NCBI RefSeq assembly: GCF_009914755.1
Contig: NC_060937.1
Reading direction: 5' to 3' (one strand)
DNA length: 64,000 nucleotides
Source of the DNA: the human T2T-CHM13v2.0 reference genome, Homo sapiens
Each line of letters starts with the position of its first letter. The first letter of the stretch is position 1. Made by a program: the position numbers and the translations under genes. The notes under the pieces were generated by a model that was not told the DNA's origin, searched no databases, and saw only the letters and a program-made list of their open reading frames with translations. Positions 42,001-60,970 of this stretch are shown piece after piece.

Positions 42001-44731
42001 AGGTTTTTATAAACGATCAAACTTTGTATATATACAAGTTGTTGCTAGATGATGGGCATGTAAATAACAGTCTATCTTGTCAGCTCTGTTGGCAAGTGTT
42101 CAAAGTTCTTTGTCTTAAGGTGATATTATTAATTTTGTTCCATATGAAGTTGCTGATATTTAACCATTTGTGACCTAAAGAAGTGTCAATTTCGTGTGGT
42201 TTCACCTAACGTATAGGTGACATGTATAGGACACACATGTGAATAAGGGCCAGGAATAAAGTTCAAAGTGTGTTTCTTGTCGTCTTCCAATGTCACATTC
42301 ATTGGAATGTGAATAGTGTTTCAATTAGTTTGACAATGAGTCAAATAGTGTTTAAGCTAATTTAAGTAGACCACATAGCCCAACTGGTCACTAATGGGAA
42401 GTTACTTTATCTTAATTTGAAAACAGTATGATTTAAATGTACTCTAGTAATGTTTAGAAGATGGAGGGGAAACATTGCCTATTAGAAAGAGGCATGTGAC
42501 CTGCAAACTACTTTAGCTATTATTTAAATGTTTGCAGTAAAAAAAAAAAGCCATCAACCATACACCCCACAAGTCTAAATAGGAATTGGGTAGGTTTGTG
42601 CCTTCAAGGAAGTGTGCCTATGAAGCACGGAGTTTCTTTTTAGATTTACAAAAGCATATATCTCGAATATATGATCTTTCAAAGAAGTAATTTTGTAGGT
42701 TATATATTTCCAGTAATGAACTATTGCCCATAATATTTTAGGGGTCCCACTTTTGGGGCATTGACCCCATAAATAGATCATTAAACATGTTTGAGAATGA
42801 CTACCAGGTTTTGATTTAAAATGCAACTTATGCACCAGCCTGGGCTCTGAATGATGAGAAGTGATTTCCAAAAGCTATACCCAGCCTGAAAAGATCTGCA
42901 TAGTGTGACCAAGGAGGATATTCAGAGTTGATGAAAAACTATTGTGAGCACAAGCAGTACAGGTTAGAATAAATATGTAATTTCTACCTTAATGGCAACA
43001 GCAAACATTTGGATGAATGTTTAGAGATATATTGGCTTTTTAAAAAGTCACTTTAATTCTCAGACTTCCAAAGCTAATTCTAATATTGTTTTCTAATTGG
43101 AATTTTTCTAATTTGGATTTTGTGCATTGCCACATAAGTCTAATCAGTCTCTTAGTACCCAGTATTCTTTAAATTAATGTTTCCCAAAAGTAGCTTAAGT
43201 AAATCTGAAGCCATGGTAATCAGCAATTGTAATTTACTGTGGGACACCAAAGTCCTGCATAATATTTTTATTAAAAAATCTTTCTCTAAATTGTGAATCA
43301 CGTTGTTCATAGTCACTGTTTGATGACGACACATTCATCTAAAAGCTGTGGTGTTAACGAATAAAAAGCCCAGATAACCATATTTAGTATGAAACCTGTA
43401 ACTGAGGAAAGCCTGGCTGGTTGCACTCTGAAATGATTAAGCAGGCACTGCTGTTTGTGGCCACATCCACCTGTGTTATATATAATGCCTGACAGGAAAA
43501 CAAAGTCAGCTGTTCAGAGATCTGGTATTACAAGCCCTGACTTTTTAATTAGTGGTAAATATAGTAAGCTATCTGTCTTTGAGGATATTTTACCCACTAG
43601 AGATCCCAAGTTTTAGGTGAAATATGATTAGGATATTTTTAAAACCTGAATTCATTTTCGTACAGGAAAAGGCTGACTTCTATCTGGCTCACTGCCAGAA
43701 TCATATTTCTTGTGAAATACAGGTTCTGCTTGTTGCCTATTAGAAACCTCTAGGCATTCTCATTCATTACCACCATTAAAGATTTTCTTAATATTTCATC
43801 CAGTAATTTCAGCAATTTTAAAAAAATCCATTAGTAGTACTCTTTCCTTTTGAACTGGTGTTCTGAAATATCAAAGTCAAAAGTTCGAATAGCTTATAGC
43901 TTTCACCCAATTGGAAGTGTACTGACATTTCAGATAGTCTAAAGTGGGGATAAACCATGCACTGAGGTTTCAGACAAGATACACATTTGAGTAATGAGGA
44001 TAGTTATATGCGTTCATTGCCTTTTAATCTGATTGACTATTGAAATTAGTATCTTCATGTTAGTCATTTTAGTGTTGTTTAGTTTGACTGTGGCATCTAG
44101 TGAGTTGGGATTTCATCAAGGAATACTCCCTTGATGAAAGTCTATGATTGTAGTCTCTCTTGGTTTTACTAAACAGTGAGATGGGAACACTGTCTGATAT
44201 TTTTGCTTTTCTAATTAATAAAAGGATTGACAAGTTTTTATAAGGTGATTTTAGTTCCTTGTTATAATGTGCTATGAATTTTATTAATAGTGTTCATTAA
44301 TCTGTCTTCTTTCTTCAGTATTTCTTAGTGTTCATGTGGACTGCCTTATTATATATATTTAAAAAATATAAAAGATGTATCACTTCATCAGTGTCCATGA
44401 TCTTATTTTGCTCTGGGTTCTAGCAGAATTATTCCTCCTTTCCAAACATATTTGGTTGAGACATAAACAGCTAATGATATCAGTAATTTCCCAGTTACTC
44501 ATCTTATGATGACAATCTTGGAAATATTCAAATGAAAACACTCTTTTTTTTTTTTTTTTTCTCTGATGAAGAAAGAAGATTTGCTTGACGATAGTCTGAT
44601 TGGGTGTGTCAGTGGTTAGTCAGTCTGTACCTCCCATCCCTGGAATGATCCCAAGTCTCTGCCACAGTCAGCTATGCATCAGAAGTTTATGCCTTTTTGA
44701 ACACATGACTCACAGTAAGAACACTCTTCTC

Positions 44732-45059
<328 letters not shown>

Positions 45060-46574
45060 TCACTGTCACCAGGTCTTCTTTTTCCTTTCTTGTATCTTGG
45101 AAAGACAGGAGCAAGATATTCACCCCTATCGGTGTTCCTATTTGTATCAGCCATGTGACCACAACAGTATCTGCCTAAAAATACTGTAATAATTTATTAA
45201 AGATTATATATATACATATTCAATAGAAAAATATATATTTTTTTATTTTTACAAATACTACTGTTTACTCTGGGACACTCAGATGATCATTTTAAGGCAC
45301 GGGGTAAGATAGAGAACTTTGTCACTTGTCATTCCTGCCAAGAGAGCTCTATCTTTTTGTTGGAGTTGGAGATCTCCACCCACACATGGAGTGCCGGTGA
45401 CATGGGTAGGCCCCCTGGGGCTTCCATGCAGTGCTCCATGGGAAGCCCAGAGGCTTTCATGTAGTGGGAAAGACTTTTTTTCTTAGAGGTGTTTCTGGTT
45501 TTGAATTTCCTGAGGAGGACAGTTGCTTACATACAGTGCTCCAGCATGCCAACACTATTAACCCTGATCTGTTTTTACAGCCTTTTGAAATTTAGTGAAA
45601 ACTGTTTTTCTTCACTTTCAAGTAATATAAGCTTTGCAGTTTCCATGTTATGTGATAGCCCAGCAATAGGCAAACAATGGTGTAAGGGTTCAAGTTCATA
45701 AAAATGAATGTAAAAATTTTAATCTGTTTTCACTTAATGGCAGTATTTTATGGTTGGCATTTGCATGCCTTTTTAAGCATCATGGTTCGTTTCACCTGTG
45801 ATGTAATATCTGTGTCTAGCAAAAACATGATTTTTTGTTTCAAAGAAAGAGTATGTCAAGTTGAAAGTCAGCTTGGCAAACATGAACTTAAAAATTCACT
45901 TCAGTTATGGTAGAGACACTCTAAAGACTCATTTCAAGTTTTGCAGAAGGTTTTTAATATTGTGGCCTTAAAGTTGAGGGTTGAAATCCTGGAGAGAGAC
46001 TGATATATCACTCTTATTTACCTGAGGGATCGAGAGGAATTTAGTAACATTACTTCGTAGTTAAATAGTACAGGAAGCCAGGTCCCTCCGTTAGATTCCT
46101 TTTGCTTTCTGTTGTTTTTGTTTTGAAGACTTTTTAAAAGAACAGTTTTGGGTTCACAGAAAAACTGAGGGGAAGGTACAGAAAGATCCCATATTTTCCA
46201 TGCCCCCACATATGCACAGCCTCCCCCATTATCAACGTCCCCCACCAGAGGGGTACATTGGTTACAAATGATGGACCTACATTGACACATCATCATCACC
46301 CAGAGTCCATGGTTTACATTAGGGTTCATTCTTGGTGTTGTACGTTGTATGGTTTTGGACAAATGTGTAATGACATGTACCCATCATTATAGTATCATCC
46401 AGAATTGTTTCACTGCTGTAGAAATCCTCTGTGCTCCTCCTATTCATCCCTCCCTTACCTCTAATCCCTGGAAACCACCAATCTTTACTGTCTTTATGAT
46501 TTTGGCTTTTCCAGAATGTCACATAGTTGGACTCATACAGTGCATAGCCTTTTCAGATTGGCTTCTTTCACTGA

Positions 46575-46953
<379 letters not shown>

Positions 46954-47066
46954 TAACGTTCTACTGTCTGGAGGTTCCACAGTTTGTTTATTCATTCATC
47001 AAATGAAGGCCATCTCGGTTGCTTCTCAGTTATGGCAATTATGAATAAAACTGCTATGAACATCCA

Positions 47067-47450
47067 TGATATGGTTTGGCCCTGTGTCCCATCCAAATCT
47101 CATGTCAAATTGTAATTCCCAGTGTTGGGGGAGGGACCTGATGGGAGGTGATTAGATCATGGGGGTGGATTTCCCCCATGCTGTTCTCATGATAGTGAGT
47201 GAGTTCTCACGAGACCTGATGTTTTAAAAGTGTGTGGCACTTCCCCCTTCACTTGCTGTCTGTCCTTCTCTGCCACGATAGGACCTGCTTGCTTCCCCTT
47301 CATCTTCTGCCACGATTGTAAATTTCCTGAGGCCTCCCAGTCATGCCTCCTGTTAAGCCTGTGGAATTTTGAGTTAATTAAACCTCTTTTCTTCATAAAT
47401 TACCTAGTCTCAGGTAGTTCTTAATAGCAGTGTGAGAATGGACTAATACA
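47067..47450 (+). mobile_element. MSTA-like MaLR solo LTR
   Basis: tgatatggtttgg...gactaataca with TSD ATCCA. Confidence 0.9.
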
Positions 47451-49215
47451 ATCCATGTGCAGTTTTTTGTGTAAATGTAAATTTTTAGCTCCTTTTGGTA
47501 AATACCAAGGAACATGATTGCTGGATCATATGGTAAGAGTATATTTAGTTTTGTAAGAAACTGCCAAACTCTTTCAAAATGTCTGTACCATTTTGCATTT
47601 CTACCAGCAGAGAATGAGAGTTTTTGTTGTTCCACGTTGTTGTCAGCATTTGGTGTCGTCCGTGTTCTGAATTTTGACCATTCTAATAAATGTGTAGTGG
47701 TATCTCATTATTTTAATTTACATGTCCCTGATAACATATGATGTGGAGCATCTTTTCATGTCCTTATTTGTCATCTGTGTGTCTTCCTTAGTGAGGTGTC
47801 TGTTAAGGTCTTTGGCCCATTTTTTAATCAGATTTTCTTTTTGTTGACTTTTTAAGAGTTCCTTGTATATTTTAGATAAGAGTCCTTTTTCAGATATGTC
47901 TTTTACAAATATTTTCTCTCAGTCTGTGGCTTGTCTTTTTATTCCCTTGACAGTGTCTTTCACAAAGCAGATATTTTTAATTTTAATGAAGTCCAGTGTG
48001 TCAATTATTTCTTTTACGAATTGTGCTTTTTGTGTCTTGTCTAAAAAGTCATTGTCAAACCTAAAGTCTCTAGACTTCCCCCTGTGTTTTCTTCTAGGAG
48101 TTTTAATAATTTTTGGTTTTATATTTAGGTCTGTGATCCACTTTGAGTTCATTGTTGAGAAGGGTGTAAGGTCTGTGTCTAAATGCCGTTTGCCTTTGAT
48201 GTGACATTGGGAAATTTTCTACTACTCAGTGAAATCCATTAGTGCTATAATTATTGAGGGTCTCAGAATAAGAGGTATCTGCCCTGAGACTATTCAAGCT
48301 TTGCTAGACTTACTTCAGGATGCTTCAAGCACAACAGTGAGGCTATATAATAAAGTTCCATCATAAGAAAGTGATGACTATAAATTACATTGGTACTGAC
48401 GTTGCTGTTGCACACACTTTCCCATCTTAGCATTTACTGTTAACTTTTACTGTGTGTTGTAGGTAATTCAGCAGTATTCAAAATTACTACCATAGAAATT
48501 CTAGAAATTAACATCAATTTTACTAGCAATCTTTGAAAATATTAAAGTTATCATAAATATTTATATTGAATGCTTTTAGACTTTTAAATTATATATACTG
48601 GTTATTTTACTCATGGACATGTGATTACTTATTTTAAAATATTGCAGCTTATGAATTTAAATAAAAGTTATTAATTTAAAATTTTAGTAAGGCATTTACT
48701 TAATTAAGATAACCAGTCCAAGTTAATGTATCTGATAGTTTACTCTTTTGATCAACATTGACAATAAGTAGAGAATATCAAGGTTTGACTTTTCTGGCAA
48801 CAAAAAAATACTAGGGAGGAGTGTTGTTGGTAAGAGCAAAAAGCAATTTCTAGCATTTGAAAGCAGAGGTAAAATGTTTAAAAATTTCTTTATAAAGAAG
48901 ATAGAGATTTTGAAGAATTTGTTTGATATTTCACAGAAATATTTCTGCATTAAAAACTGGGCAGTGGATTTTAATAAATATCTGTAAAGCACCTATGAAA
49001 TGCCAGGTTTTTTTTGCTAAGTGCTAGGCGATGCTGTTTGGAGAGGGAGAGGGTTGTCTGTGCCTCTGGTAGCTGGACCGTCTGATTGCTCTGCTGCTGA
49101 TCCCAGCACATTGCCATATTTAGTACACATTAAAATGCTTAATGAGCAGAATTTGTGTTTAGAGGAAAAGTAAGCAAATTTTGTTTTAAACAAAACATTG
49201 TTTTGTTTAACAAAA

Positions 49216-49466
49216 TTGGTTTTTCATTCCTGAGTTACTTCACTTAGAATTAATGATCTCCCATTCTGTCCAGGTTGCTGCAAATGCCATTTCATTCCTT
49301 TTTATGGCTGAGTAGTATTCCATGGTATATGCATATATACACCACATTTTCTTTATCCACTCATTGATTGATGGGCATTTGGGCTGGTTCCACATTCTTG
49401 CAAGTGCAAATTGCGCTGCTATAAACATGGGTGTGCAAGTATCTTTTTCATATAATGACTTATTTT
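49216..49466 (-). repeat. Inverted duplicate of L1PB segment 50329-50578
   Basis: The reverse complement matches with about 3 differences in 250 bp. Confidence 0.93.
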
Positions 49467-49499
49467 GATAAGTCATTGTTTAAACAAAAATCATTGTTT

Positions 49500-50852
49500 A
49501 AAATAGGCACATAGACCAATAGAACAGAATAAAGAACCCAGAAATAAAGCCAAGTATTTACAGCCAACTGCTCTTCCACAAAGCAAACAAAAACATAAAG
49601 TGGGGAAAGGACACCCTATTCAACAAATGGTGTTGGGATAATTGGCAAGCCACATGTAGAAGAATGAAACTGGATCCTCATCTCTCACCTTATACAAAAG
49701 TCAACTAAAGATGGATCAAAGACTTAAATCTAAGACCTGAGACCATAAAGATTCTGGAAGATAACATTGAAAAAGCCCTTCTAGACATTGGCTTAGGCAA
49801 AGACTTCATGACCAAGAACCCAAAAGCAAATCCAACAAAGATAAATAGATGGGACTTAATTAAATTAAAAAACTTCTGCACAGCAAAAGAAATAATCAGC
49901 AGAGTAAACAGACAACCCACAGAGTGGGAGAAAATCTTTGCAATCTATACATCTGACAAAGGACTGATATCTGTAATCTACAGGGAACTCAAACAAATCA
50001 AGAAAAAAACAATCCCATCAAAAGTGGGCTAAGGACATAAATAGACAATTCTCAAAAGAAGATATACAAATGGCCAAAAAGCATATGGAAAAATGTACAG
50101 CATCGCTAATAATCAGGGAAATGCAAATCAAAACCACAATGTAATACCACCTCACTCCTGCAAGAGTGACCATAATCAAAAAATTAAAAAAAAAATAGTT
50201 GTTGGTGTGGATGCAGTGAAAAGGGAACAGTTTTACACTGCTGGTGGGAATGTAAACTAGTACAGCCACTGTGGAAAACAGTGTGGAGATTCCTTAAAGA
50301 TCTGCCATTACTAGGTATCTACCAGAGGAAAATAAGTCATTATATGAAAAAGATACTTGCACACCCATGTTTATAGCAGCGCAATTTGCACTTGCAAGAA
50401 TATGGAACCAGCCCAAATGCCCATCAATCAATGAGTGGATAAAGAAAATGTGGTGTATATATGCATATACCATGGAATACTACTCAGCCATAAAAAGGAA
50501 CGAAATGGCATTTGCAGCAACCTGGACAGAATGGGAGATCATTATTCTAAGTGAAGTAACTCAGGAATGAAAAACCAAATATTATATGTTCTCACTCATA
50601 AGTGGGAGCTAAGCTATGAGGATGCAAAGGCGTAAGAATGATACATTGGACTTTGGGGACTCGGGGGAAAGAGTGGGGAGTGTTGAGGGATAAAAGACTA
50701 CATATTGCGTGCAGTGGATACTCCTCAAGTGATGAGTGCACCAAAATCTTAGAAATCACTACTAAAGAACTCATTCATGTAACCAAACTAACCAAACACC
50801 ACCTGTTCCCCAGAAATCCACTGAAATAAAAAAATAAAAGATTAAAAAAAAA
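49500..50852 (+). mobile_element. 5'-truncated L1PB, sense to LMO7
   Basis: ORF2 C-terminal peptides ([22 protein letters not shown]), L1PB-type 3'UTR and A-tail. Confidence 0.9.
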
Positions 50853-51448
50853 CCCAAAATCATCATTGCCTTTAATTTGTGAACAAAATATAATGCCTTT
50901 ATTATATCTTTAAAACTTTAGTTACTAATAGAAGTTTGATAATGTGAGGATGTATATTTAGAAAATGTATGTGACAGAAAGATATTAGAAATATTCATGT
51001 GTGAATGACTAATAAAATAAATCACAGGTTAAAAAGTTCATTCAGTGTATTGATATGTTGTTCAATGTCATCTTCCTTGTTCATTGTGAAAATCTTTGGA
51101 AATAGGAGCTCAAAAGGTGTCCATAAATTTTGTACCTCAGCTGAAAAGCTTTCTGATAAAGGGAAAAATGAGATTTGGCATTTAGAACTAGCTTCTGGAC
51201 ACTATTAGAAATAGAGCATCAAATTCTGTTCTCACTAAAGCTTTTATAACTGAGCCAGACATTATATTGAGCTTTATATACAGTTTTCTGAATTGAGTTA
51301 TATTTAAAGTGGGTTATATTCACTGACAAGGCTTTTGAACAGAGCCAGCTCTCTAGTATCTGTCATTGTGCAACTCCTTTGAAGGGAGCGGACAATTTGA
51401 AAGTGAGGGAGGGGAGTGAGAAGAAAAGGAAGGAGGCAACTTGAGAGA

Positions 51449-51813
51449 TGTCTTAGTCTGTTTGGGCTGCTGCTATATCAAGATACCATAAATTAGGTAG
51501 TTTATAAACAATAGAAATTGATTTATCACAGTTCTGGAGGCTGGGAAGTTCAAGATCATGGCACTGGCATATTTGGCATATAGTGAGGACCTGCTTCCTT
51601 CATAGACAGACTTCTCACTGCAACCTCTTGTTGTGGAAGGGGCAAGGCAGCTTTCAGGAGCCTCTTTTATGAGGGACCTAATCCCATTCATGAGGGTTCT
51701 ACTCTCATGACCTAATCACCTTCCAGGGGCTCCACCTCCTAGTACTGTTACTTTCAGGGTTAGGATTTCAAAGTATGAGGTTTGGGAGGAATTCCAACAT
51801 TCAGATCCTAGCA
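51449..51813 (-). mobile_element. MLT1A-like MaLR LTR
   Basis: tgtcttagtctgtttgggctgc...aacattcagatcctagca with TSD agaga / aggga. Confidence 0.88.
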
Positions 51814-54682
51814 AGGGATGAGCTGAAGGAGAAGGAGAGAAATTGCAGGCCAAAACTGTGAATGCTCTGACTTGGGAACTGTCAGATTACTAGGTGCTTC
51901 CTTCTGGTTTTAATCCTACCAAAAGAGCAAGCCTCTGCTGTACTAACCAAGCACATAACCAGGTTTAGGCTCTGGCCTAGGGAAAGTCTTGGGGGAAGAG
52001 AGAGAGAATTCTACCTAGGGCTAGAGGGATGGAACAAGGGAATACAGGCTGAAAAAATGGCTCCTTGACTGATTCTAGATCCTAGTACATAGAGGTATCT
52101 GGAAGGTTATTATGTTATCTGAATCTTGAATAGAATCAGTTACCTGAAGCCAGTGTTACCTTAGGAATTCCATATGTGTGATTGAAGATTGCTTATTATG
52201 CAAAGAAGTTCTATTTGTAGAAGAGTATTTCCATAGATGATACTTGTTTTTGATTTGACATAAGGCTATGCCCCTAATCCTCTAGGCAGACTTAAATTTC
52301 ACAGAAGTTTAGATTTTATAAGACCCATTGTTTTTCTCCTTAGAAGAACTATTCTAAAAGGGTTTCCTTTAATTTTATATGAAAATAATTTTTGATGATT
52401 CAAAATTTAATGGGTGTTCAGTATTTGCCAAGACTATATGTGTCTTTTCTCCGTCTTGTAGTCCTTAGAATTGTGACTACTAACAAAATAAAACAGAGTT
52501 TTCCTTTAGTGACTCAATTTTTTAGAGGCTACTTTGTGTGTTATTCAGATTATTGTTTTTTCCTCAGCTCATTTCCGTGTTTGCACATGTACTTGAAGGT
52601 TTAGGGTGGAAAAGGAATGCTAATCCATTGTGTGTCTGTCACTTCTAAGTAATAGCTTTGAACCTTCTGATGAGGGAAGTGTTAATTAACTCATTATTGG
52701 GAGACATCATTTATCTTTTCTATTTCCTTTACCTGTATCTCTTACTTCCCTTGGCTGACCAAATTGAGAGTAGGTTGTGCTATTATTAATTCCAGAAACT
52801 GTATTTTTTTTAAATGTACTTTCTCTTATGAAACCTGTAATATAAAAATGGTATGTGATATAAACAGGTTAACTGAATGACCTGGCCAAAGTCACCAGTG
52901 ACTCAAATAGGTGGAGCAGAAATTTATGATACTCTTCCTCCTGCCAGACTTTCCTGACATTTTATATGTTGCCTCAGCTCATAATGGCCTCTAATTTATG
53001 TCATTTAAAGATCAAATTTCAAAATACACGTTACTATAAGTCAGTGCTGAGCTAGTGCTCACAAACTGCAAATAATTTCTTGATTTATACTTTCCAGAAT
53101 TATGTTCCTATTCAGTAATGCTACAGTTACTAGTTCTTCTATGCATTGCAAGAATGCCACCAGTAACAGAAATATAGAAATACCTTGTTAATAGGGAACA
53201 ACTAGAAGAATTAATTTGCAATTGTTATTTCTTATAAACTTACTCAATTCTTTTCTGACTCCTCAGCTAGTGATTAAGAAAAAAATCATGTGGACATGAA
53301 GGGAGAAAGCTTTGCTTTCTACTTGGCTTTCTGTGTACAAATCAGAAATTAGGTATCATGGAATAATTGTTCTAGGAAATTGCGTTGAGAGAATGGTATT
53401 ATTAACTATATTAACTAACTTGTCTAATGATCTTTGTGTGTAGAAACCATGAAAACAGGAAAACATCTTTGTTCACCAAACTAGATCTTCATAAGCCACT
53501 GTTTTATAATTTTGAATCCTGTTGAACAACATTCTGTAGGTTATTAAATCAAGACTTTTGTCTTTTTTTATTTCCAGCAAACTCAAGTGTGTATATATAA
53601 GTGTTTGGAATGTTGAAGGAGTGACATTCCACAGGCTTCAGATTTTTTTTTTTTTTTGCTGCCCATTGTGCTAAGGAGACCAGTAAATTAAGAATGTTTA
53701 ATGATTTCTCCTTTATTTGCTTTCTTTTTGGAGCTCTGTTACAGCCTAAAAAATTAGTTCTTGTGGATGGGTTTTTGAATAGGAAAATCAGTTTCAAGAT
53801 ATTGTTCTCTGACAGTGATTAATGATTAATTAACCAAGCTAACATTAATAGAAAAGCATTTTTATAGTATTAAATTTCTACGCAACCTGGCACAGTGTCA
53901 GTGAACAAATCAAGAAAAAAGAATTCATAATAATCTAGATTTAGAAGCAAAATCGTACTCAAGTTTCAGTTGTCAAAGCTGAGTTTCTTTTTTATAGAGT
54001 TGGCAGACATAGATATCTTTGCAGTGTCTTCCATATTAACTTAAACTGGTTCTGTTTAATCTAAAATACTAGATTCTGAGGTAACTTAGTTAATTTGGGG
54101 GAGTTCTGGTACATTGAATTTAATGTTTGCCCAGTCGTTCTGCTGCGGTAATAAAGCAATCAATTATGGACTTGAATGAGTTACCAATAAAAACTAGTTG
54201 ACTATTTGTATGAGTCCAGCTCACCTTTTAAATGTGGCAAAATAATATGATTTTGAAGCTACCTTTAAAAATGATCAGTTTGAGAAAAACAATCAATGAA
54301 AACTATTAGTAGAAAATAGTATTCTTTGGGTGAAGTGAGATAAATTATGATGAAGAGATTCTTAAACTGGCAGTTGAAGCAGAACGAAATATTACTTTTC
54401 TTTAATGTGAAACTAACTCTTTGAAGGATGGCTTTGGATATAGAAGTGGGTCTGTGTCTACACATAAAGGATATAGACTATGGAGAACAACTCACCATTG
54501 TGTGTGGTGCTCTTCTTTGTCTCTAGACTTGATATCTTGGTTATTTGCTTTTTGATGGGCTGTTGGCTCTCTGTATAACACATTGAGGGGAGGGAATAGT
54601 GATATATGTGATTTTTGAGAATGCTAACAAAAAACCTGATATTGGCATCTTGTAATTGCATCTGTTATTTATTTACTTTCAG

Positions 54683-54752
54683 TTTGATTAATAAGCTTAA
54701 ACCTGGCGTCATTAAGAAGATCAATAGACTGTCTACACCAATAGCAGGATTG
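54683..54752 (+). CDS. LMO7: LMO7 next coding exon (70 nt, phase 2 to 0), calponin-homology domain
   Basis: Acceptor tttactttcAG and donor TTG|GTAAGT. The first T completes Asp (GA+T) from the previous exon, then LINKLKPGVIKKINRLSTPIAGL (LMO7 version, not LIMCH1). Confidence 0.96.
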
Positions 54753-55496
54753 GTAAGTAGTAAATTATCTTCACAACTAAATTTATTTGTCTTTGAAATG
54801 TAAAGAGGTGGGCATAGGCAGATTTTTGTATCTGCAATTACCACTGAAATTAGGTTATGGTTTTTTTGCTGAAGCAAAGTGTGTTTGGTGATGTCCTCCT
54901 TTTATCTGCAGTTCCTTTCTCTGTTTCCCTTTTGCCTGGAGGCTTTTATTTATTTATTTATTTATTTAATAAGAAAAACTAGATGTATATTTAAATGGCA
55001 CAAATGATATAGATGACATACTTGTGTTTTAGTGGTTACTAATTTCTAAACTAAATTGCTAATTTTAAAAATGAAAAATGCATGTATATAGTAGAAAATT
55101 TCAACATCAAAATATATACAAAGTACGAATACCTTCTACCTCAGATCCATGTTTCCTATTTTCTCCTGTATCATTTCAGAAAAATTTAATTTACAAATAA
55201 ACATATAATATGTACTTATGTATATATAATTTTAGATAAATGGTAGCACATGTATTGCCTATACTTTGCTTTTTTCTCTTTTTTTATTATTATTATACTT
55301 TAAGTTTTAGGGTACATGTGCACAACGTGCAGGTTAGTTACATATGTATACATGTGCCATGCTGGTGTGCTGCACCCATTAACTCGTCATTTAGCATTAG
55401 GTATATCTCCTAATGCTATCCCTCCCCCCTCCCCCAACCCCACAACAGTCCCCAGAGTGTGATGTTCCCCTTCCTGTGTCCATGTGTTCTCATTGT

Positions 55497-59338
<3,842 letters not shown>

Positions 59339-59386
59339 TTATTTTGCTCGTTAGTTGATGTAGTTTCTTCCTAGTCTCGATGGTCT

Positions 59387-60387
59387 TTACATTTTGGCAT
59401 GATTTTGTGGCGGCTGGTATCAGTTGTTCCTTTCCATGTTTAGCGCTTCCTTCAGGAGCTCTTTTAGGGCAGGCCTGGTGGTGACAAAATCTCTCAGCAT
59501 TTGCTTGTCTGTAAAGTATTTTATTTCTCCTTCACTTATGAAGCTTAGTTTGGCTGGATATGAAATTCTGGGTTGAAAATTCTTTAAGAGTGTTGAATAT
59601 TGGCCCCCACTCTCTTCTGGCTTGTAGAGTTTCTGCTGACAGATCCGCTGTTAGTCTGATGGGTTTCCCTTTGTGGGTAACCCGTCCTTTCTCTCTGGCT
59701 GCCCTTAACATTTTTTCCTTCATTTCAACTTTGGTGAATCTGACAATTATGTGTCTTAGAGTTGCTCTTCTCGAGGAGTATCTCTGTGGCGTCCTCTGTA
59801 TTTCCTGAATCTGAATGTTGGCCTGCCTTGCTAGATTGGGGAAGTTCTCCTGGATAATATCCTGCAGAGTGTTTTCCAACTTGGTTCCATTCTCCCCGTC
59901 ACTTTCAGGTACACCAGTCAGACATAGATTTGGTCTTTTCACATAGTCCCATATTTCTTGGACGCTTTGTTTGTTTCTTTTTATTCTTTTTTCTCTAAAC
60001 TTCCCTTCTTGCTTCATTTCATCTTCCATCACTGATACCCTTTCTTCCAGTTGATCGCATCAGCTCCTGAGGCTTCTGCGTTCGTCACGTAGTTCTCGAG
60101 CCTTGGCTTTCAGCTCCATCAGCTCCTTTAAGCTCTTCTCTGTATTGGTTATTCTAGTTATACATTCGTCTAAATTTTTTTCAAAGTTTTCAACTTCTTT
60201 GCCTTTGGTTTGACTTTCCTCCTGTAGCTCGGAGTAGTTTGATTGTCTGAAGCCTTCTTCTCTCAACTCGTCAAAGTCATTCTCTGTCCAGCTTTGTTCC
60301 ATTGCTGGTGAGGAACTGCGTTTCTTTGGAGGAGGAGAGGCGCTCTGCTTTTTAGAGTTTCCAGTTTTTCTGCTGTTTTTTCCCCAT
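59387..60387 (-). pseudogene. L1 ORF1, frameshifted
   Basis: Fragments EQSWTENDFDELREEGFR and QEIWDYVKRPNL lie in separate, broken ORFs. Confidence 0.9.
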
Positions 60388-60970
60388 CTTTGTGGTTTTG
60401 TCGGCTTTTGGTCTTTGATGATGGTGATGTACAGATGGGTTTTTGGTGTGGATGTCCTTTCTGTTTGTTAGTTTTCCTTCTAACAGACAGGACCCTCAGC
60501 TGCAGGTCTGTTGGAGTTTGCTAGAGGTCCACTCCAGACCCTGTTTGCCTGGGTATCAGCAGCGGTGTCTGCAGAACAGCTGATTTTCGTGAACCGCGAA
60601 TGCTGCTGTCTGATCGTTCCTCTGGAAGTTTTGTCTCAGAGGAGTTCCCAGCCATGTGAGGTGTCAGTCTGCCCCTACTGGGGGGTGCCTCCCAGTTAGG
60701 CTGCTCGGGGGTCAGGGGTCAGGGACCCACTTGAGGAGGCAGTCTCCCCGTTCTCAGATCTCCAGCTGCGTGCTGGGAGAACCACTGCTCTTTTCAAAGC
60801 TGTCAGACAGGGACATTTAAGTTTGCAGAGGTTACTGCTGTCTTTTTGTTTGTCTGTGCCCTGCCCCCAGAGGTGGAGCCTACAGAGGCAGGCAGGCCTT
60901 CTTGAGCTGTGGTGGGCTCCACCCAGTTTGAGCTTCCCAACTGCTTTGTTTACCTAAGCAAGCCTGGGCA

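Noticed and set aside
42285-42312. Overlapping 8-bp hairpins with a TEAD-like GGAATGT
   Set aside because: Too short to distinguish from chance.
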